NCBI GenBank assembly: GCA_019058445.1
Contig: JAHPZA010000009.1
Span: forward strand, 96,001 to 160,000
From: Promethearchaeota archaeon
GTDB taxonomy: Archaea; Asgardarchaeota; Lokiarchaeia; Sigyniarchaeales; SOKP01
Reading direction: 5' to 3'
Length of the DNA: 64,000 nucleotides
In this document: positions 1-9,728 of the stretch, piece after piece
Layout of the letters: every line of letters starts with the position of its first letter
Numbering within the stretch: the stretch's first letter is position 1
The notes under the pieces: model-generated
Database searches by the model: none
What the model was told of the DNA's origin: nothing
Seen by the model: only the letters and a program-made list of their open reading frames with translations
Program-made: the position numbers and the translations under genes

Positions 1-2
1 GA

Positions 3-629
3 CATGAGGAATTTTTCTTTGATAGAAGTCCAGCAAATCTCAAAAGTTTAGAGACCAATGTAATTGTAATGGGTGCCAGTGTTGGAGGTCCAAGGACGAT
101 AAAAGCAATAATTGAAAAAATTCCTGAAGATTTTCCAAGTCCAATACTCATTGTCCAACATATGAATCATTTTTTTATGAGACAGTTTGCCGTAAACTTA
201 CGAGATAGGAGTGCTCTAAAAATAAAAATAGGAAAAAATGGTGAATTTATAGAACCGGGAATCATCTATCTTGCTCAAGGAGATAAACACATGCAAATTA
301 TTGGGAAAGCTGGAAAACCATGTATAAGAATTTTTGATGGTGAACCCGTAAATTTCTGTAGACCTTCTGTAGATGTATTGTTTTATTCAGCTGCTCGTGT
401 ATATAAAGATAAAACTATTGGGATTTTATTAACAGGAATGGGAAATGATGGAGTTGCGGGGCTTAAATCTATTAAACAAATGGGGGGCAAAACAATTTCT
501 GAATCAGTTGAGACTGCAGTTCTCTATGGAATGCCAAAGGTAGCTGCCGAAAGTGGGGTATCTGATTTTATTGTGCCAAATTATTTAATTTCAAATTATA
601 TGGTCAAATTTGCTAAGAAACTCACTTGA
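3..629 (+). CDS. cheB: CheB-type protein-glutamate methylesterase, C-terminal catalytic domain (5'-truncated by window edge)
   Basis: Frame is open from position 3. GASVGGP (catalytic Ser), VQHM (His), RPSVDVLF and LTGMGNDG (Asp) motifs, then YGMPK. Confidence 0.9.
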   Translation, partial: HEEFFFDRSPANLKSLETNVIVMGASVGGPRTIKAIIEKIPEDFPSPILIVQHMNHFFMRQFAVNLRDRSALKIKIGKNGEFIEPGIIYLAQGDKHMQIIGKAGKPCIRIFDGEPVNFCRPSVDVLFYSAARVYKDKTIGILLTGMGNDGVAGLKSIKQMGGKTISESVETAVLYGMPKVAAESGVSDFIVPNYLISNYMVKFAKKLT

Positions 630-855
630 AATAAAGCTTATCTAATCTGAAATTATACACATATAAAGTCCATTAATGAGTTGAGGGCTTAAAATTTTCA
701 ATATAAAAAATTACCTATAATTTAAAATTCGATTTAAGCAGACAAAATTTTTACTTTATAAAAAAAACTTTTAAAAACTCTCCAATAAGTCTATACTTAA
801 GATTTAATCATTTATAGTGAAATCTAAAAATTAAATAATTTAGTGTGATAAAAAA

Positions 856-1446
856 ATGAAAGAAACTCCAAAAAAATTATATACCGCCTATGTAGGTGAA
901 TCGCAAGCCAGAAATCGTTATACATTCTGGGCTAAAATTGCAAAAAAAGAAGGATACGTCTTAGTAAACAAAATCTTTTTAGAAACAGCTGATCAAGAAC
1001 AACAACACGGAAGTTGGTTTTACAAAATGCTCCAAGACTTCAAAAAAGAAGAACCATTCGATGAGATGCACGTTCTGCCAGATGCAATGTTCCCTACAAC
1101 TTATGGGAATACCCTTGAAAATTTAAAATCGGCTATGGCAGGAGAAGATATGGAATGGCAAACTCTTTATCCTGATATTGCTGAGACAGCGGAGAAAGAA
1201 GGATATCCTGCTATCGCAGCCCGTGTTCGTGCGATTATAAAAGCAGAAAAGCATCATTCTGAGAGGTATGGAAAACTCATAAAATTAGTAGGGGACGATG
1301 CTTTCTTTAAACGCGGAGAGAAGATCGTATGGATCTGCATGGAATGCGGGTATGAAGTAGAAATGGACAGTTTACCTGATAACTGGAAATGTCCCTCGTG
1401 TGATCATTCACGTGATTATTTCAGAAAAAAATGCGAAGATTTCTAA
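856..1446 (+). CDS. rbr: Rubrerythrin
   Basis: GESQARNRY, EQQH and EKHH diiron motifs; C-terminal rubredoxin-like CMECG...CPSC. Confidence 0.92.
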   Translation: MKETPKKLYTAYVGESQARNRYTFWAKIAKKEGYVLVNKIFLETADQEQQHGSWFYKMLQDFKKEEPFDEMHVLPDAMFPTTYGNTLENLKSAMAGEDMEWQTLYPDIAETAEKEGYPAIAARVRAIIKAEKHHSERYGKLIKLVGDDAFFKRGEKIVWICMECGYEVEMDSLPDNWKCPSCDHSRDYFRKKCEDF

Positions 1447-1555
1447 ATAGCAATGAAACTTTAAAATTATAAAAATAACTATTAAATACGAGAGAAATCA
1501 ATATAAATCCAAACAAAACGAAATTTTGTGATAACCAAAATAGAGTGAATATTTA

Positions 1556-1948
1556 ATGAAGCGTAAAGAGATTTATAAGTGTAATGTGTGCGGAAAGGTT
1601 ATTGAAATTCTCAACCCTGGAGTGCCTGAGACTATATGTTGTGGACAGCCAATGCAATTGATGGAAGAACAAACTGCTGAATGGAAAGGAGAAAAACATG
1701 TTCCGAAAATCACAATTGATGGTAATAAAGTCACTGTTGATGTTGGTATTTCAATGGGTACTCCACACCCAATGACTGATGAACATTGGATTATGTGGAT
1801 TGAGTTAATTTGCAAAGATGATTGCTATAAAAGAAAATTCTTGAATCCTGGTGATGAGCCAAAGGCAACCTTTGTTGTAGCAGATACATCTGGTCTTAAA
1901 GCCCGAGAATACTGTAATATACATTTTCTATGGGCGGGTACTGAATAG
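1556..1948 (+). CDS. dfx: Desulfoferrodoxin (2Fe superoxide reductase)
   Basis: N-terminal CNVCG...CCG desulforedoxin domain; EKHVP, HPMTDEHWI and EYCNIH active-site motifs. Confidence 0.93.
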   Translation: MKRKEIYKCNVCGKVIEILNPGVPETICCGQPMQLMEEQTAEWKGEKHVPKITIDGNKVTVDVGISMGTPHPMTDEHWIMWIELICKDDCYKRKFLNPGDEPKATFVVADTSGLKAREYCNIHFLWAGTE

Positions 1949-2152
1949 GGGTCAATAACTACTGAAAAACAACAATTAGGTTTATCTGAATAATATAAAT
2001 TAGTCATTTATTTATAAAACCAAACAAATTCTTTTTTTATTTTTTCATTAATTTTCCTACTTTTTGATTTTAAATTATTAGTGTCGTCTATCTTTAATTT
2101 ATTATAAATTAAAACTACATTTTTTATGAAGAATTATTTTTAATTTATTAAT

Positions 2153-2626
2153 ATGAAAGAAATAGCAACTTTTGGTGCGGGATGTTTTTGGGGAGTAGAG
2201 TCTGCCTTTCGAAAAGTGAAGGGGGTCATCTCGACTAGAGTAGGATATACGGGAGGGCATTTTGAAAACCCTACATATGAAGATGTATGCTCCCATAAAA
2301 CAGGTCATGCTGAAGCTGTTGAAATTACCTATGATCCTTCAATTATATCTTATGAAGAATTATTAGATATATTTTGGAAAATCCATGACCCAACAACTTT
2401 AAATCGGCAGGGTTGGGATGTTGGAACCCAATATAGGTCAGCAATATTTTATCATAATGATGAGCAGAAAGTAGCAGCATTAGCATCAAAGGAAAAAATG
2501 GAAAAAAGTGGAATTCATAAAAGAGATATAATTACTGAAATCATACCCACTACAACATTTTACCAAGCGGAAGAATATCATCAGCAATATAACGAGAAAA
2601 ATAAGCATAGGTATCTTTTTATTTAA
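2153..2626 (+). CDS. msrA: Peptide-methionine (S)-S-oxide reductase
   Basis: [26 protein letters not shown] and AEEYHQQY motifs. Confidence 0.96.
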   Translation: MKEIATFGAGCFWGVESAFRKVKGVISTRVGYTGGHFENPTYEDVCSHKTGHAEAVEITYDPSIISYEELLDIFWKIHDPTTLNRQGWDVGTQYRSAIFYHNDEQKVAALASKEKMEKSGIHKRDIITEIIPTTTFYQAEEYHQQYNEKNKHRYLFI

Positions 2627-2716
2627 TCTTTATAGATTAAAAGATTAAAATTTTAAAGGGTATAATGTATTATTTTAAGTATTCTACTAAAACTAGCTTA
2701 ATTCACTTTTTGAAAT

Positions 2717-4072
2717 ATGTCAGCATATTTGCAGATCATAGTGATTGCTTGTTTTGCGATGGTAATCGTTGCTCTCTTTCGTGAAAAAACGGATTTTTTA
2801 ACGTATAGCATAGCTGCAATGTTCATAGCAGTTATAGCAACTTTTTACTTTTTACCAGCCGTAATAACTGTAGATGGTTTGATTTTAGCAATTGAATGGG
2901 AAGTCATATTCTTTTTAATAGCAATTTTCACTATAGTTGAAGTTTTGGATGACAAACGAATTTTTCAAGAATTAGCTCTCAGAATTACCCGAAAATTTGA
3001 AACTAATACCAGAAAGTTTTTCTGGGTTATGTGTTTAACTTCAACCTTGAGTGCGGCTTTTATAGAAGATGTTTCAGTGGCTATAATATTTATACCCTTA
3101 ATTATTAAAACTTCCGAGAAATTGCATATAAATCCTACTCCCTTTCTTTTAGGTGTAACAATATGCATCAACTTAGCAGCTACATTGACCCCTTTTGGCT
3201 CATCACAAAACATATTGATTGCGGCAAAATTTGATCTCTCAACCACATGGTTTATCCTTAATTTAGGATTATATTTCATAATTTCAACATTATTTACATT
3301 AATTCTTTTAGACCACTTCATTTTGAAGAATTCATTAAAACAAATTTGGCTTCCTCATTGTACTATCAATGAAGAACCTTTTGAAGCACATCATATTCAA
3401 AGCCATGAGTTATACATAATGGAAAAACCAATAGATAAAAAGGTTTTCAATAAAAACATGATAGCACTATTAATCTTTATAGCGTTATTGTTTATCATTC
3501 CCAACATACTATTTGTAGGAATTTTAGGTGCATTAATGTTTGTGATAATTAATCCGAGACCTTATGGCAAAAATAAACGTCCTGATATTTCTTATTACTT
3601 CTCCAAAATTGATTATAAATTAGTTTTTTTCTTCATGTGTCTCTTCATTTTAGTTTATTGTATGGAACTTAATGGAACAATTTTGATAATCGAACACCTC
3701 GTAATGGATTTAGCAATTGAGAATTTATTTTTATTGTGTATAGTAATTTTAATTATGACCTCCCTGCTTTCTGCTTTATTAGATAATGTGCCAGTAACCG
3801 TAATTTTCATACCTGTTATTCAAGTCCTTGTAATTCAAGCAGGCTTTGCTGCTACTCCATTGCTTATAGCATTTATATTAGGCATAAATGTAGGAGGAAA
3901 TCTTCTCCCACAAGGTAGTGCATGTGATATGTTGACGTTAGAATTTGCTAAAAAAAGCCATATTCATGAAATGAATTATAATAAACTCTTAAAAGTAGGT
4001 GGCATCTTTGCGATATTTCATACATTAATAGGAATCGCATATTTATGGTTTTATATTTATTTTTTACTTTAA
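2717..4072 (+). CDS. ArsB/NhaD/SLC13 (IT superfamily) ion permease
   Basis: About 11 TM helices; LTPFGSSQN, SALLDNVP and NVGGNLLPQGSA repeats typical of the IT superfamily. Confidence 0.8.
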   Translation: MSAYLQIIVIACFAMVIVALFREKTDFLTYSIAAMFIAVIATFYFLPAVITVDGLILAIEWEVIFFLIAIFTIVEVLDDKRIFQELALRITRKFETNTRKFFWVMCLTSTLSAAFIEDVSVAIIFIPLIIKTSEKLHINPTPFLLGVTICINLAATLTPFGSSQNILIAAKFDLSTTWFILNLGLYFIISTLFTLILLDHFILKNSLKQIWLPHCTINEEPFEAHHIQSHELYIMEKPIDKKVFNKNMIALLIFIALLFIIPNILFVGILGALMFVIINPRPYGKNKRPDISYYFSKIDYKLVFFFMCLFILVYCMELNGTILIIEHLVMDLAIENLFLLCIVILIMTSLLSALLDNVPVTVIFIPVIQVLVIQAGFAATPLLIAFILGINVGGNLLPQGSACDMLTLEFAKKSHIHEMNYNKLLKVGGIFAIFHTLIGIAYLWFYIYFLL

Positions 4073-4087
4073 AGAATCGAATTAGAA

Positions 4088-4636
4088 ATGAATGAAAACA
4101 AAGCAATATTTTTAGACAGAGATGGAACATTAAATAAAGATTCTGGATATGTCCATAAAACTGAGGATTTCGAACTTTTGCCTGGAGTTATAGAGGGGCT
4201 CAAATTACTCCAAGATGAGTTTATATTTATAATAATTACTAACCAATCTGGAATTGGACGCGGTTATTATACAATCGATGATTTCCTAGTGTTTAACAGT
4301 TTACTCGTTACAACCCTAGCAAAAGAAGGAATTGAAATTAAAACTACATATTTTTGCCCTCACCTTAAAGAAGATGGATGTGATTGTAGGAAACCAAATA
4401 CGAAATATATTAAGCAAGCAGTCTCAGAATTTAATATTGACATAAAAAAATCTTGGATGATGGGAGACCACCCCTCTGATGTCAATCTTGGAACAAATGC
4501 GGGGTGCAATACTGTTTTTATGCTAACTGGGCATGGTATGGAACATTATCATGAGATTGAAGAGGGAAAGTTTAAACCTACCTTAATAGCTGAAGATTTT
4601 CTCACAGCAGCAAAAAAGATAAAAGAATTTATTTAA
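4088..4636 (+). CDS. gmhB: GmhB/histidinol-phosphatase-like HAD phosphatase
   Basis: FLDRDGTLN, ITNQSGIGRG, CPH...CDCRKP and GDHPSD motifs. Confidence 0.85.
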   Translation: MNENKAIFLDRDGTLNKDSGYVHKTEDFELLPGVIEGLKLLQDEFIFIIITNQSGIGRGYYTIDDFLVFNSLLVTTLAKEGIEIKTTYFCPHLKEDGCDCRKPNTKYIKQAVSEFNIDIKKSWMMGDHPSDVNLGTNAGCNTVFMLTGHGMEHYHEIEEGKFKPTLIAEDFLTAAKKIKEFI

Positions 4637-4763
4637 GAGAGATTTTCCTCATTATTTTGAAATATAAATATTTACTTATCAAAAATTAAGAGTTTAATAT
4701 ATATAGCTTAATTAACTCTAATCATTAAGAGTATTATATAAAGGATTAAGAGAGGTATTTTCA

Positions 4764-5225
4764 CTGTCATATTTTCAGAAAATAAACAACGCAGAGCTAT
4801 GGAAAAAAATCCAAAAACTCAGAGAATACATCAAGATTTTAAATGAGCATAAACAATTCAAACAAAGAACTTGTTGGGCATGTAATAAGAGTCTAAATAT
4901 ATTCGATTTCCTTTCTGATAATTTAGAGTTTACTCCGGAATACATATTAAAATTATGGCAAACTCCTATTATAGAGTTACACTGCTGCGAATGTTTTAAG
5001 AATCTGAAATTACACGAGCTCTCATTAATTAAAAATATGGGTTTGGAGACTCGAAATTGTCATAACTGTGGAAGTTCTATGGATATTTATAGATTCTCTA
5101 AGATTTACAATTTCCTTAAAATAAAGGAGCTAAAAGAGATATGGTTAAATGAAAATGCTCTAATATTCTGTAGCGGATATTGTGAAAAGTATTATTATAA
5201 AATAAAAAAAAGAAAAAAAAATTAG
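4764..5225 (+). CDS. Hypothetical ~153-aa protein with two tandem Cys4-type Zn-binding repeats; probable CTG start (the ORF track shows only 5037-5225)
   Basis: Frame is open from the TAA at 4719 to 5225, with a GAGGT SD at 4752-4756 before CTG 4764. Repeat 1 is RTCWAC..F..W..HCCEC and repeat 2 is RNCHNC..F..W..FCSGYC. Confidence 0.75.
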   Translation: MSYFQKINNAELWKKIQKLREYIKILNEHKQFKQRTCWACNKSLNIFDFLSDNLEFTPEYILKLWQTPIIELHCCECFKNLKLHELSLIKNMGLETRNCHNCGSSMDIYRFSKIYNFLKIKELKEIWLNENALIFCSGYCEKYYYKIKKRKKN

Positions 5226-5233
5226 AGGATTAT

Positions 5234-6421
5234 TTACTCGGATTTTCTAACTTTGCCTAATTTTGGCATTGCGTGTTCATAGCGATTCATAACGAATCTT
5301 GAGATGACAATTCTTTGTATTTCAGAAGTTCCCTCATAGATTTGATATAACTTTGCATCTCTGAATAATTTTTCCACGGGGTATGTCCTAAGATATCCAT
5401 AACCCCCAAAAATTTGTACTGCTTCAGTTGTGACTTTCATTGCTACGTCAGAAGCAAACGCTTTCGCGATTGAGGAACTTAAATTATTATCTTTACCTTG
5501 ATCTGCCTCCCATGCTGCCTTATATGTTAAGAGTCGAGCAGCTTCAATGTCTTTATACATTTCAGCAATTTTAAATTGAATCGCTTGATAATGATCGATA
5601 GTTCGTCCAAAAACTTCTCTTTTTTGAGCATAATCAATGGAATATTCCATAGCTGAGCGAGCACACCCGACTGCGAAAGCTCCAATAGCAGGTCGAGTAT
5701 GAGCAAAAGTTTGCATTCCTAAAACAAATCCCCTTCCTGGTTTGGCTAGTACATTTTCTTTTCCGATCCGTACATCTTTTAAAACTACAGAAACGGTATT
5801 TGATGATCTTTGACCTAATTTGGGAATATGTTTTCCTAATTTGACTCCTTCAGTGTCAGTGGGGACAATAAACGTTGCAATACCTTTATGTTTTTTTTCG
5901 GGATCTATTGTAGCGAAAACAGTTACATAATCAGCATACCCGCCATTTGTTATCCAAAATTTTGAGCCATTTAAAATATAATCATCACCATCTGGCTCAG
6001 CCCTACATTTTATACCAGCAACATCAGAACCCATGGTAGGCTCAGAGGTTGCGAAAGCGATTAGTTTAAAGTTTTTTGCAATATCTGTTAAGACCCTTTC
6101 TTTTTGCTCTTCACTTCCCCCTATAATAATAGGTTCTGCTCCTAAGTTATTATCAAACACAGATGTAGCAATTCCAGGACAAGCAGAGGATATTTCTTCT
6201 ACTACAATGCATGAATCTAATAAGCCACGCCCGGCTCCACCATACTTTTTTGGAATGCCTAAATTTAATAAGCCTTCATTATAAGCTGCTTTAATAACAT
6301 CTATTGGGAATTCTTCTTCCTCATCATACTTTCTTGCTACAGGCAATACTTCTCTAATGGCAAATTCTCTTGCTTTTTTTTGCAAGGCTAATTGATCTTC
6401 CGTTAAACTAAAGTCAATCAT
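5234..6421 (-). CDS. Acyl-CoA dehydrogenase
   Basis: FATSEPTMGSD, LNGSKFWITNG, QIFGGYGY and YQIYEGTSEIQR motifs. Confidence 0.95.
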   Translation of the reverse strand: MIDFSLTEDQLALQKKAREFAIREVLPVARKYDEEEEFPIDVIKAAYNEGLLNLGIPKKYGGAGRGLLDSCIVVEEISSACPGIATSVFDNNLGAEPIIIGGSEEQKERVLTDIAKNFKLIAFATSEPTMGSDVAGIKCRAEPDGDDYILNGSKFWITNGGYADYVTVFATIDPEKKHKGIATFIVPTDTEGVKLGKHIPKLGQRSSNTVSVVLKDVRIGKENVLAKPGRGFVLGMQTFAHTRPAIGAFAVGCARSAMEYSIDYAQKREVFGRTIDHYQAIQFKIAEMYKDIEAARLLTYKAAWEADQGKDNNLSSSIAKAFASDVAMKVTTEAVQIFGGYGYLRTYPVEKLFRDAKLYQIYEGTSEIQRIVISRFVMNRYEHAMPKLGKVRKSE

Positions 6422-6423
6422 AG

Positions 6424-7632
6424 TTAACTTCCCTCCATTTTTGCCATTAACTTGTCAACTACTTCCTTAAAATTCAAATCTTCTGGTCTAGGTACAAATT
6501 TTATTTCGATTGTTTCTATCACTTCTATTTTCGTTGCTTCCATTTGTTCGACAATTTCTTTTACAGCTCCTTTACTCCAGCCATAGCTTCCGAAAGCAAT
6601 TCCAATTTTATTTATTGGTTTAAGCCCTTTTTGATAACATACATACTCAGCGACTGAAGGAAACATTCCCAAATTCAATGTTGGACTTCCTATTAAAATA
6701 GCCTTGGCTTTCATTGCTTCCGTAATCACATCTGAATAATCAGCATGTGTCAATCTAAATCTTTTAACAAGAATCCCTCGACTTTTAATTTCCTTATAGA
6801 GTGCCTTAGCAATTTTTTCAGTACTATTCCACATTGTATCATATACAATTAAAACACTATTTTCTTCAATTTCACCACTGGACCATTTAACATACTTTTC
6901 TAAAATATCTGGTATATGTGATCTCCAACAAACTCCATGAGACGGACACATAATTTCAATTGGTAGAGGAGCGACTTTGGGAATCGTTTTTGCAATTAAA
7001 CCAGAGAGATGAAGTAAAATATTTGCATAGTATTTTTCAGCTTCTTGCATTATAACAGATAAATCATTTTCATCATCCCAGATCCTTGAAGTTGCTAAAT
7101 GTTGTCCAAACGCGTCATTAGAAAACAATATATTTTTGCCATTCTCATCAGTCATAAATGATACCATGGAATCCGACCAATGAATCATAGGAATTGGAAC
7201 AAATGTAAATATTTTACCATTACCAACATCTAAGGTGTCCCCTTCTTTCACAGCTCTAATTTGCTTGAATCTTCCGGCCTCAACCTCTTGGTGGTAATGT
7301 TGTTCCAAGATCTCAACACCTTTAGTTGATGCCACTATTTCAGCATTAGGGAGATATTTTTCTATCAATGGAAATGAACCAGAATGGTCAGGCTCTACGT
7401 GGTTTACGATAAAATATTTAATATCTTTTAGATCACATACAGATTTGATGTTTGCTAAATAATACTCGAAATAAGGGCGTTTAACCGTGTCTATTAATGT
7501 GTAAGCATCTCCACTTTTTACTAAGTAGGCATTATAGCTGCTTCCTCTATTAGTTGAGTAACCATGAAAATTACGCACTTCCCAATCTACATATCCAATA
7601 AAAAATACGTCTTTTAAAATCTCTTGCGCCAT
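6424..7632 (-). CDS. fprA: FprA-type flavodiiron protein (O2/NO reductase)
   Basis: NHVEPDHSG metallo-beta-lactamase diiron motif, HWSDS, SNDAFGQH, then a flavodoxin domain (TMWNSTE, FGSYGWS). Confidence 0.92.
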   Translation of the reverse strand: MAQEILKDVFFIGYVDWEVRNFHGYSTNRGSSYNAYLVKSGDAYTLIDTVKRPYFEYYLANIKSVCDLKDIKYFIVNHVEPDHSGSFPLIEKYLPNAEIVASTKGVEILEQHYHQEVEAGRFKQIRAVKEGDTLDVGNGKIFTFVPIPMIHWSDSMVSFMTDENGKNILFSNDAFGQHLATSRIWDDENDLSVIMQEAEKYYANILLHLSGLIAKTIPKVAPLPIEIMCPSHGVCWRSHIPDILEKYVKWSSGEIEENSVLIVYDTMWNSTEKIAKALYKEIKSRGILVKRFRLTHADYSDVITEAMKAKAILIGSPTLNLGMFPSVAEYVCYQKGLKPINKIGIAFGSYGWSKGAVKEIVEQMEATKIEVIETIEIKFVPRPEDLNFKEVVDKLMAKMEGS

Positions 7633-7882
7633 AATTTTTCACTTTTTTATTTAGGATTTTAATATCAATTTATAATACATTGGGAGTAATTATAAAGTTA
7701 TTTTCTATGAATTATAAAAATTTCTGGGGTATAGTATTAAAAAACGGGACTTTTCAACCTCACTGATTTTTAGTTTAAAAACTAAATAATTATTACTTCT
7801 TAATATTTGAGGTGATATTCTAAATTCTAAGTAATGAGAAAATAGATTTAAAATTCTATTCACACAGGTTCTAATTCACAGA

Positions 7883-8797
7883 TTATAAGCCTCGTAAATA
7901 GTCGGGTCGACGCACATTTGGATTTTTAATAGCTAGCTCAATTCTTTTAAGAAATTCTTTTTTATCTTTTGCTAAGCTTCCTTTTAAATTCAAATAATTT
8001 GAGGCATGGTTTGTGTTAAATATACAATTTTGCAAATCATCAGAGGTGTACTCTATCATTGTATATAATTCTTCTAAAATCTGAGTACTAGAGCACGGTT
8101 GGAATTCTCCTTTTGATTTTTGCGTCCATAACTCGGTTCCCGGAGTTACCCTTAAAGTTAAAGGTGAAATATACCACTTAATGGGTGTTGGGGGGGCCAT
8201 TCTATTAATTAATTTAGCAGATTCAATCGCATGTTTTTTACTTTTTTCAGGATTGTTTCCCGCAAGTCCCAAAAGAAAAATACCTGACCATGCTATTCCT
8301 GCTTTGTGACATTTTTGAGCCGCAAGAGTAATCTCATCTTGATTAGTACCTTTATGACACGCTTCAAGAACCTCATCATCCCCACTTTCAATACCCACGT
8401 ATACCATTGTAAATCCGCTTTCTGCCAGTCTTTTCAAATCCTCATCAGATTTGCTGACAATGTCTTTAGCATGAGCATATGCACTCACCTTTTTGAGATT
8501 TGGAAGAATTTTATAACAATATTTGGTTAAATCAATAAGAATCTCAGGTTTTACTACAAAAGCGTTTCCATCTTCGAAAAATACTTTGCGTACTTGATTT
8601 CCATAAAAATTCGCTGCTATTTTTATATCTTGTTTGATTTCTTCAATATCTTTACGAACAGAGAATTTTTTAGTTCTATACATAGCACAGAATGTACATT
8701 TGCGAGTACATCCATTTGTTACTGCTATTAATAACGCATTCCACTCAGAAGGAGGTCTAAATACTGGATCAGTTAAATTTCCCACAACGTAATTCAT
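7883..8797 (-). CDS. Radical SAM protein (~300-aa RPPSE family, function unknown)
   Basis: FRPPSE, CTRKCTFC (CxxxCxxC), GIESGDD and NHASNY motifs; no SPASM or RRE domain visible. Confidence 0.9.
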   Translation of the reverse strand: MNYVVGNLTDPVFRPPSEWNALLIAVTNGCTRKCTFCAMYRTKKFSVRKDIEEIKQDIKIAANFYGNQVRKVFFEDGNAFVVKPEILIDLTKYCYKILPNLKKVSAYAHAKDIVSKSDEDLKRLAESGFTMVYVGIESGDDEVLEACHKGTNQDEITLAAQKCHKAGIAWSGIFLLGLAGNNPEKSKKHAIESAKLINRMAPPTPIKWYISPLTLRVTPGTELWTQKSKGEFQPCSSTQILEELYTMIEYTSDDLQNCIFNTNHASNYLNLKGSLAKDKKEFLKRIELAIKNPNVRRPDYLRGL

Positions 8798-8928
8798 GAT
8801 AGTTTTAATTCTTATCGTGATTTTTTTAAACTTTTACCTTTATAAAAAACTAAATGTGTGATAATTTCTCATTTTTTACCCTTTAAGGATAATAAAATTT
8901 AGGTTTTTTTTGAAAAAGAGACAAAATT

Positions 8929-9294
8929 TTATTTCATAAAATTAATCGTAACTTTTTCTAAATTAAGTTTCCAAACTTTCTCAGGAGCTCTACCCGACTC
9001 GCTTGGTCTATATTCTTCCAAATCGATAATTCCAACAGAATTTAATTCCCTTAAATGATAATAAAGTTTAGCTTTATGTTTTTTCAAATCTTTAGGATGT
9101 CCAGCTTCACATTGACCTTCACATATATTATCGTTTGAATGATCTTTAGTTTCAATAATCTTTTGAAAAATTTCATCAGAACTTTTTGGTCCGCTCTTTA
9201 GGACTTCAATGATATCCCATCGAATAGGACAATGCAACACTCGCATAACATCTTTAAAGGACTCTATGTCTGATATCTTAAATTCTTTAGTCAT
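8929..9294 (-). CDS. ArsR-family winged-helix regulator with a Cys/His-containing insert
   Basis: LHCPIRWDIIEVL, LYYHLRELNSVGII and GRAPEKVW; insert NICEGQCEAGH. Confidence 0.8.
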   Translation of the reverse strand: MTKEFKISDIESFKDVMRVLHCPIRWDIIEVLKSGPKSSDEIFQKIIETKDHSNDNICEGQCEAGHPKDLKKHKAKLYYHLRELNSVGIIDLEEYRPSESGRAPEKVWKLNLEKVTINFMK

Positions 9295-9407
9295 ATTTTT
9301 TTCGTATTATAAGTCTTTTTTCTTATTATTTAATAAAGAATCAAAATATTTATATATTAGGTAATAATTGTTAAATATAATACTTTATTATTTCAATCTA
9401 TGGTCAA

Positions 9408-9473
9408 ACTAATGAAAAATGTAAAAATGAAACTTGAATGTATGAAATTCAGAGATTTCTTTTTTTCATTAGT
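9408..9473. promoter_or_regulatory. Long imperfect inverted repeat between arsR and the Cys-peptide/ABC operon
   Basis: ACTAATGAAAAA (9408-9419) is the exact reverse complement of TTTTTCATTAGT (9462-9473). Further pairing inside (GAAA/TTTC, TTGAAT/ATTCAG). Confidence 0.5.
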
Positions 9474-9529
9474 CTTCAAAAATAATGATAAAATTTTAAA
9501 AAAAAATTAAAAAAAAACGAGGTAATAAA

Positions 9530-9688
9530 ATGAAATTAAAAGAAGTTGAAGAATGTGATTGTACAAAACCAGAAATAAAGGAGAAGTTCCCAACTGGCTG
9601 TTCTTTGAACCAAATAATAAAATGTCATGGAGATCAACCTATTGGAGAACTTTTGAAACATTTTGAGTTAGAAAAAGAAGAAGAATAA
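9530..9688 (+). CDS. Small Cys/His-rich 52-aa protein (not in ORF track)
   Basis: GAGGT SD at 9519-9523, ATG 9530, TAA 9686-9688. MKLKEVEECDCTKPEIKEKFPTGCSLNQIIKCHGDQPIGELLKHFELEKEEE. Confidence 0.8.
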   Translation: MKLKEVEECDCTKPEIKEKFPTGCSLNQIIKCHGDQPIGELLKHFELEKEEE

Positions 9689-9728
9689 TTCAAAACTAAA
9701 TTTTTTTTTTTAATTATTAATAAAAGAG

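Noticed and set aside
9298-9312. 15-mer TTTTTCGTATTATAA also present at 56021-56035
   Set aside because: Low-complexity AT-rich match that is plausible by chance, and at different positions relative to the downstream genes.
9420-9461. SECIS element (ATGA...AA...GA inside the hairpin)
   Set aside because: The second helix is too short, and no nearby gene has a TGA at a Cys position. Dfx, MsrA and TrxB all use Cys codons.
9400-9510. 36-codon ORF overlapping the hairpin (MVKLMKNVK...)
   Set aside because: No SD motif, and the composition is dictated by A/T runs. It cannot be supported, although a leader peptide is not excluded.
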